Shown here in pieces: positions 55,115-64,000 of a stretch of 64,000 nucleotides of DNA; position 1 is the first letter of the stretch; the number at the start of each line of letters is the position of its first letter. The stretch comes from the human T2T-CHM13v2.0 reference genome, Homo sapiens: the NCBI RefSeq assembly GCF_009914755.1, contig NC_060932.1. One strand, written 5' to 3'. The notes below the pieces were generated by a model. That model had not been told where the DNA came from, searched no databases, and worked only from the letters and a program-made list of their open reading frames with translations. Position numbers and translations under genes: made by a program.

Positions 55115-55845
55115 TGTCAACTGAAGAATCATGAGGTTCAAAAATTTGGAAAGGAGAGCTTTATTTCTCATAAAGGGTGGCACACTGCTGGCTGGGAAAT
55201 GCAGCCTTTGGCAAAAGCTGAGAACAAGCAATTTAAGAGAGGAAAGCCTAACACAGGTATTTATGCCCAATGGGTTGGCTAAGTATACATATTCAAATTT
55301 AGCTATAGAAGGAGTCATGAAGATTTATGAAAAAAGCACAACTGAGCTTCATGCCTCTTCATAGGTCACATGTTAAAAAAATGATGGCATTAGCATGATC
55401 CAGGGGTGGAATTTTTGGCCCTCTGGCATCAAAAGGTGAAACAGAGGACCTGAAAACCCTCATAGCACATCCTCTGCTAGTCAGTTAGAACTGGTCCAGA
55501 GATATGGTGGTCAGTTTTTAGGAAGGGATGCATTGTCAAGCTGGTGGGCTGTCACATCAAAACTTCAAAGAGGGAGAGGGAGCCTGGTTTTGGCCTCAGA
55601 TAATTGGCTGAAGGCGATAAAGGAATGAATCATCTGTTTCTTGTTTTCTGGAGTTGGTTTCCGCTTACTCCTTAGGGAAGAATTCTGGTTAAAGGTTAAT
55701 AAGGAAGGAGCATACTGAGGCGTAACCAACCTCTTATCCTGTCATGGCCCAGGACTTTGTTTTTTAGGGTTTCTCTGTGGTCCCTTTGGCCAAGAGGGTT
55801 CTGTTCAGTTGGTTGGGAGGCTTAGGGTTTTATTTTTATTTTGCA
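55115..55845 (-). mobile_element. ERV1-class solo LTR (731 bp)
   Basis: TG...CA ends with 4-bp TSD TGCT (55111-55114, 55846-55849) splitting the L1; family not assigned. Confidence 0.8.
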
Positions 55846-56761
55846 TGCTAATGGCATCAAGCATCTTTTCATGTGCTCATTTGCCATTTATTTATTCTCT
55901 TCAGTGAAATATGTGTTCTTGTTTTTTGCTCATTTTCTAATTGGATTGTTTGCTATTTTATTGTGAAATTTTGAGGGTTCTTAATATATTCTGGATACTA
56001 GTCCTTAATTGCAATCTCTGGCTTATATTTTTCATATCTTCTCAACAAGGTCTACCAGAATAAGTTTTAATTTTAATGAAATTCAAATTACCAATTTTTC
56101 CTTTTATGAATTGTGTTTTTGATGTCACGTCTAAGAACTCTTCACGTAGCTGTAAATCCAAAAGATTTTCTCCTGTGTCATTTTGTATTTAACTCTATGA
56201 TCTATTTTGAGTTACTTTTCATATAAGGTGTGAGACTTAGGTGGAAGGTTTTGGTTTTTCTGTTTTTTGCCTGTGGGTGTCCAATTTCTCCACCATTTGT
56301 TGAAAAGGACTTCTTCCCTTCAATGAATTGCTTTTTGCACCTTTGTCAAAAATCACATAGATCTATTTCTGGGTGTTCTGTTCCGTTGATCGTTGTGTGT
56401 GTTTCTTTGTACCATCACACAGTCATGACTACAGAAGCTGTATGTCTTGAAATCACGTTCATAGCACTGTATTCTTTTTCAAAATTGTTTTAGCTGTTCT
56501 AGTTCCTTTGCTTTGTCATATAAATTTTAGAGTAATTTTATCTCCACAAAAAAATCTTCTGGAACTTCAGTAGGAATTGTGTTAAATGTATATTATTTTG
56601 GAAAGAATTGAACTACTAATTATATGACATAATGAAGTCTTTCAGTTCATGAACACAGTATGACTCTTCATTTGTATGATTCTTCTTTTATTTCTTTCAT
56701 TAGCATTTTGTAGCTTTAGCATACAGCTCTTACAGGTATTTTGTTAGATTTACACCAAAGT

Positions 56762-56777
56762 CTTTCTTTTTATCTTT

Positions 56778-56813
<36 letters not shown>

Positions 56814-57061
56814 TTTTTTTTTTTTTTGTTGAAACGGAGTCTCACTGTCTCGCCCAGGCTGGAGTGCAGTGGTGCGATCTCAGCTCACTGCAACCTCTGC
56901 CTCCTGGGTTCAAGCGATTTCCAGCCAATTTTTGTATTTTTAGTAGAGATGGGGTTTCACTATATTGGCCAGGCTGGTTTCGAATTCCTGACCTAAGTGA
57001 TTCGCCCTCTTTGGCCTCCCAAAGTGCTAGGATTACAGGTGTGAGCCACTGTGCCCGGCCT
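56762..57061 (-). mobile_element. AluS with deletion and (CTTT)n tail
   Basis: Alu body. Confidence 0.92.
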
Positions 57062-58412
57062 TTTTTTCTTTCTTTTTCTAAAATTATAAAAAGTGTTGTT
57101 TTTTAAAATTTTGGTGTCCATGTATTCTAGTTTGCTAGTATATTGAAATATAATTGATTTTTGTGTGTTGATTTTTGTGCCCTGCAGTTTTGCTGAACTC
57201 ATTTATTAGTTTTAGAAGTTTTTTGTAGATTCTTTCATAACTTCTCCATAGGCAATCATGTCATCTGTAAATAGGTTTAGTTTAATTCTTGTTCTCTGAT
57301 CTGTATGCCCTTTCTTTCCTTTTCTTGCCTTATTGCACTGGCTAGAACTTCCAGTACTACACTGAATAGCAGAAGTGAGAATAGACATTCTGGCTTGTTC
57401 CTAATCTTAGAGGAAAGTTTTCAGTCTTTCCCCAATAAATATAATATTAACTATAGGTTTTTTATAGATGTTCTCTACCAAATTGAGGAAATTTCCCTCA
57501 ATTTCTAGTTTTCTGAGAAGTTTTAACATGAGAGGGTGTTTATTTTTGTCAAGTGGTTTTTCTGTACTGATTTATGTGATCATATGATTTTTTCTTTATA
57601 ATTTAATGTGGTAGATTACATAGATTGATTTTCAAATGTTGAACTAGCCTTGCATCCCTGGAATAAACTCATCTTTGTTATGATGTATATATATTTTTTA
57701 CATATTACTGAATTTTATTTGCTAAGGATTTTTACATCTATATTCATAAAGCATATTGGCCTATAGTTTTTGTACTGTTTTGTTTTGATACCAGCGTAAT
57801 TCTAGGTTCATAAAATGGATTGGGAAGTATTCCCTCCTCTTCTATTTCGTGAAAAAGATTATGGAGAATTGATACTAATTGTTTCTTAAGTGTTTGGTAG
57901 AATTCAATAATGAAGGTGTCTGAGCCTGGAGATACCTGTTTGGGAAATTTTGAAATCACAATACCAATTTACTTAGTAGTCATAGGGCTATTCAAATAAT
58001 CAGTTTTATATTGGGTGACTTGTGGTAGTTTGTATTTTTTCAAGGAACTGGTTTATTTTACCTAACATGTCAAATTTTGTGTGCAGACTTGTCCATAGTA
58101 TTCCCTTGTTATCCTTTTGATGTCTACATGGTCTATAGTGATATTCCCTTTTTCACTCCAGATATTGGTAATTCACATGTTCTCTGTTTCTTTGTCAGTC
58201 TTGCTAGACATTTGTCAATCTTACTGATCTTATCCATGAACCAGATTTGTTTCATGAATTTTCTTCATTTTTTATTTTCAGCTTCATTGATTTCTGCTCT
58301 AATCTATTATTTCCTTTTCTCAGCTTGCTGTGGGTTTATTTTGCTCTTGTTTTCCTAAGTTCCTGGAGAGGTAGCCTAGATTGTTGATTTGAACCTTTTC
58401 TCGTATACACAT

Positions 58413-59640
<1,228 letters not shown>

Positions 59641-60047
59641 CTCATATATGCATTTAGCCCTATAAAATTCCCTCTCAGCACTGCTTTCGCTTCATCCCAC
59701 CAATTTTGATATGTAATCTTTTCATTTTCATTCAGTTTAATGTATTTTTTTTTAATTTCCTGAGACTTCCTGTTTGACTCATAGATATTTTGGAGTGTGT
59801 TGTTTAGTTTCCAAGTGTTTGGAAATGTTTCTGTCATTTTTCTATTGTTAATTAGAAGATAAGAAAAAGTAGCTTTTGCCTTAAACTAAAACTCAATAAT
59901 TTATATGATAAAGTATGAATTCGTGGTACATGAATTATACAGACGAAGTGAATTGATAATTACATATGCAGTGATTAAGTCTGCTATGCACATTAACACA
60001 AAGAAGGGAAGAAAATAGAATAAATAGATGATATCTTAAGCTTTTTA

Positions 60048-60350
<303 letters not shown>

Positions 60351-60458
60351 CAAAAGGGAAAAAGTAAGAATGATGAAAGGACTAATGAAAAATCATTTTA
60401 GGAGACAACTGGAAATATTCTTTCTTGTGTGTTTGAATATCCTCATTCCTCTTTGTGT

Positions 60459-64000
<3,542 letters not shown>

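Overview
This is primate (human-like) genomic DNA dominated by retroelements. It holds three young L1PA copies: one on + at the left edge, one near-full-length on - with a 3' transduction, and one on - at the right edge. It also holds an old near-full-length L1MC with nested Tigger3, Alu, L1PA and THE1 insertions, ERVL and ERV1 remnants, about 24 Alus, and processed pseudogenes of NSFL1C (p47) and RPS4X. No intact protein-coding gene was found. The main find is not in the ORF track: a chain of at least 11 (possibly about 17) GT-AG exons on the minus strand, from ~24.2 kb to ~33-38 kb. Their splice phases join into one reading frame broken by stops and frameshifts, which suggests an intron-containing dead gene (candidate unitary pseudogene). 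Its predicted product has an internally duplicated domain resembling the acetolactate-decarboxylase/PPC(DUF296) fold. All subfamily names and homology calls are by eye from remembered consensus sequences and need RepeatMasker/BLAST confirmation.
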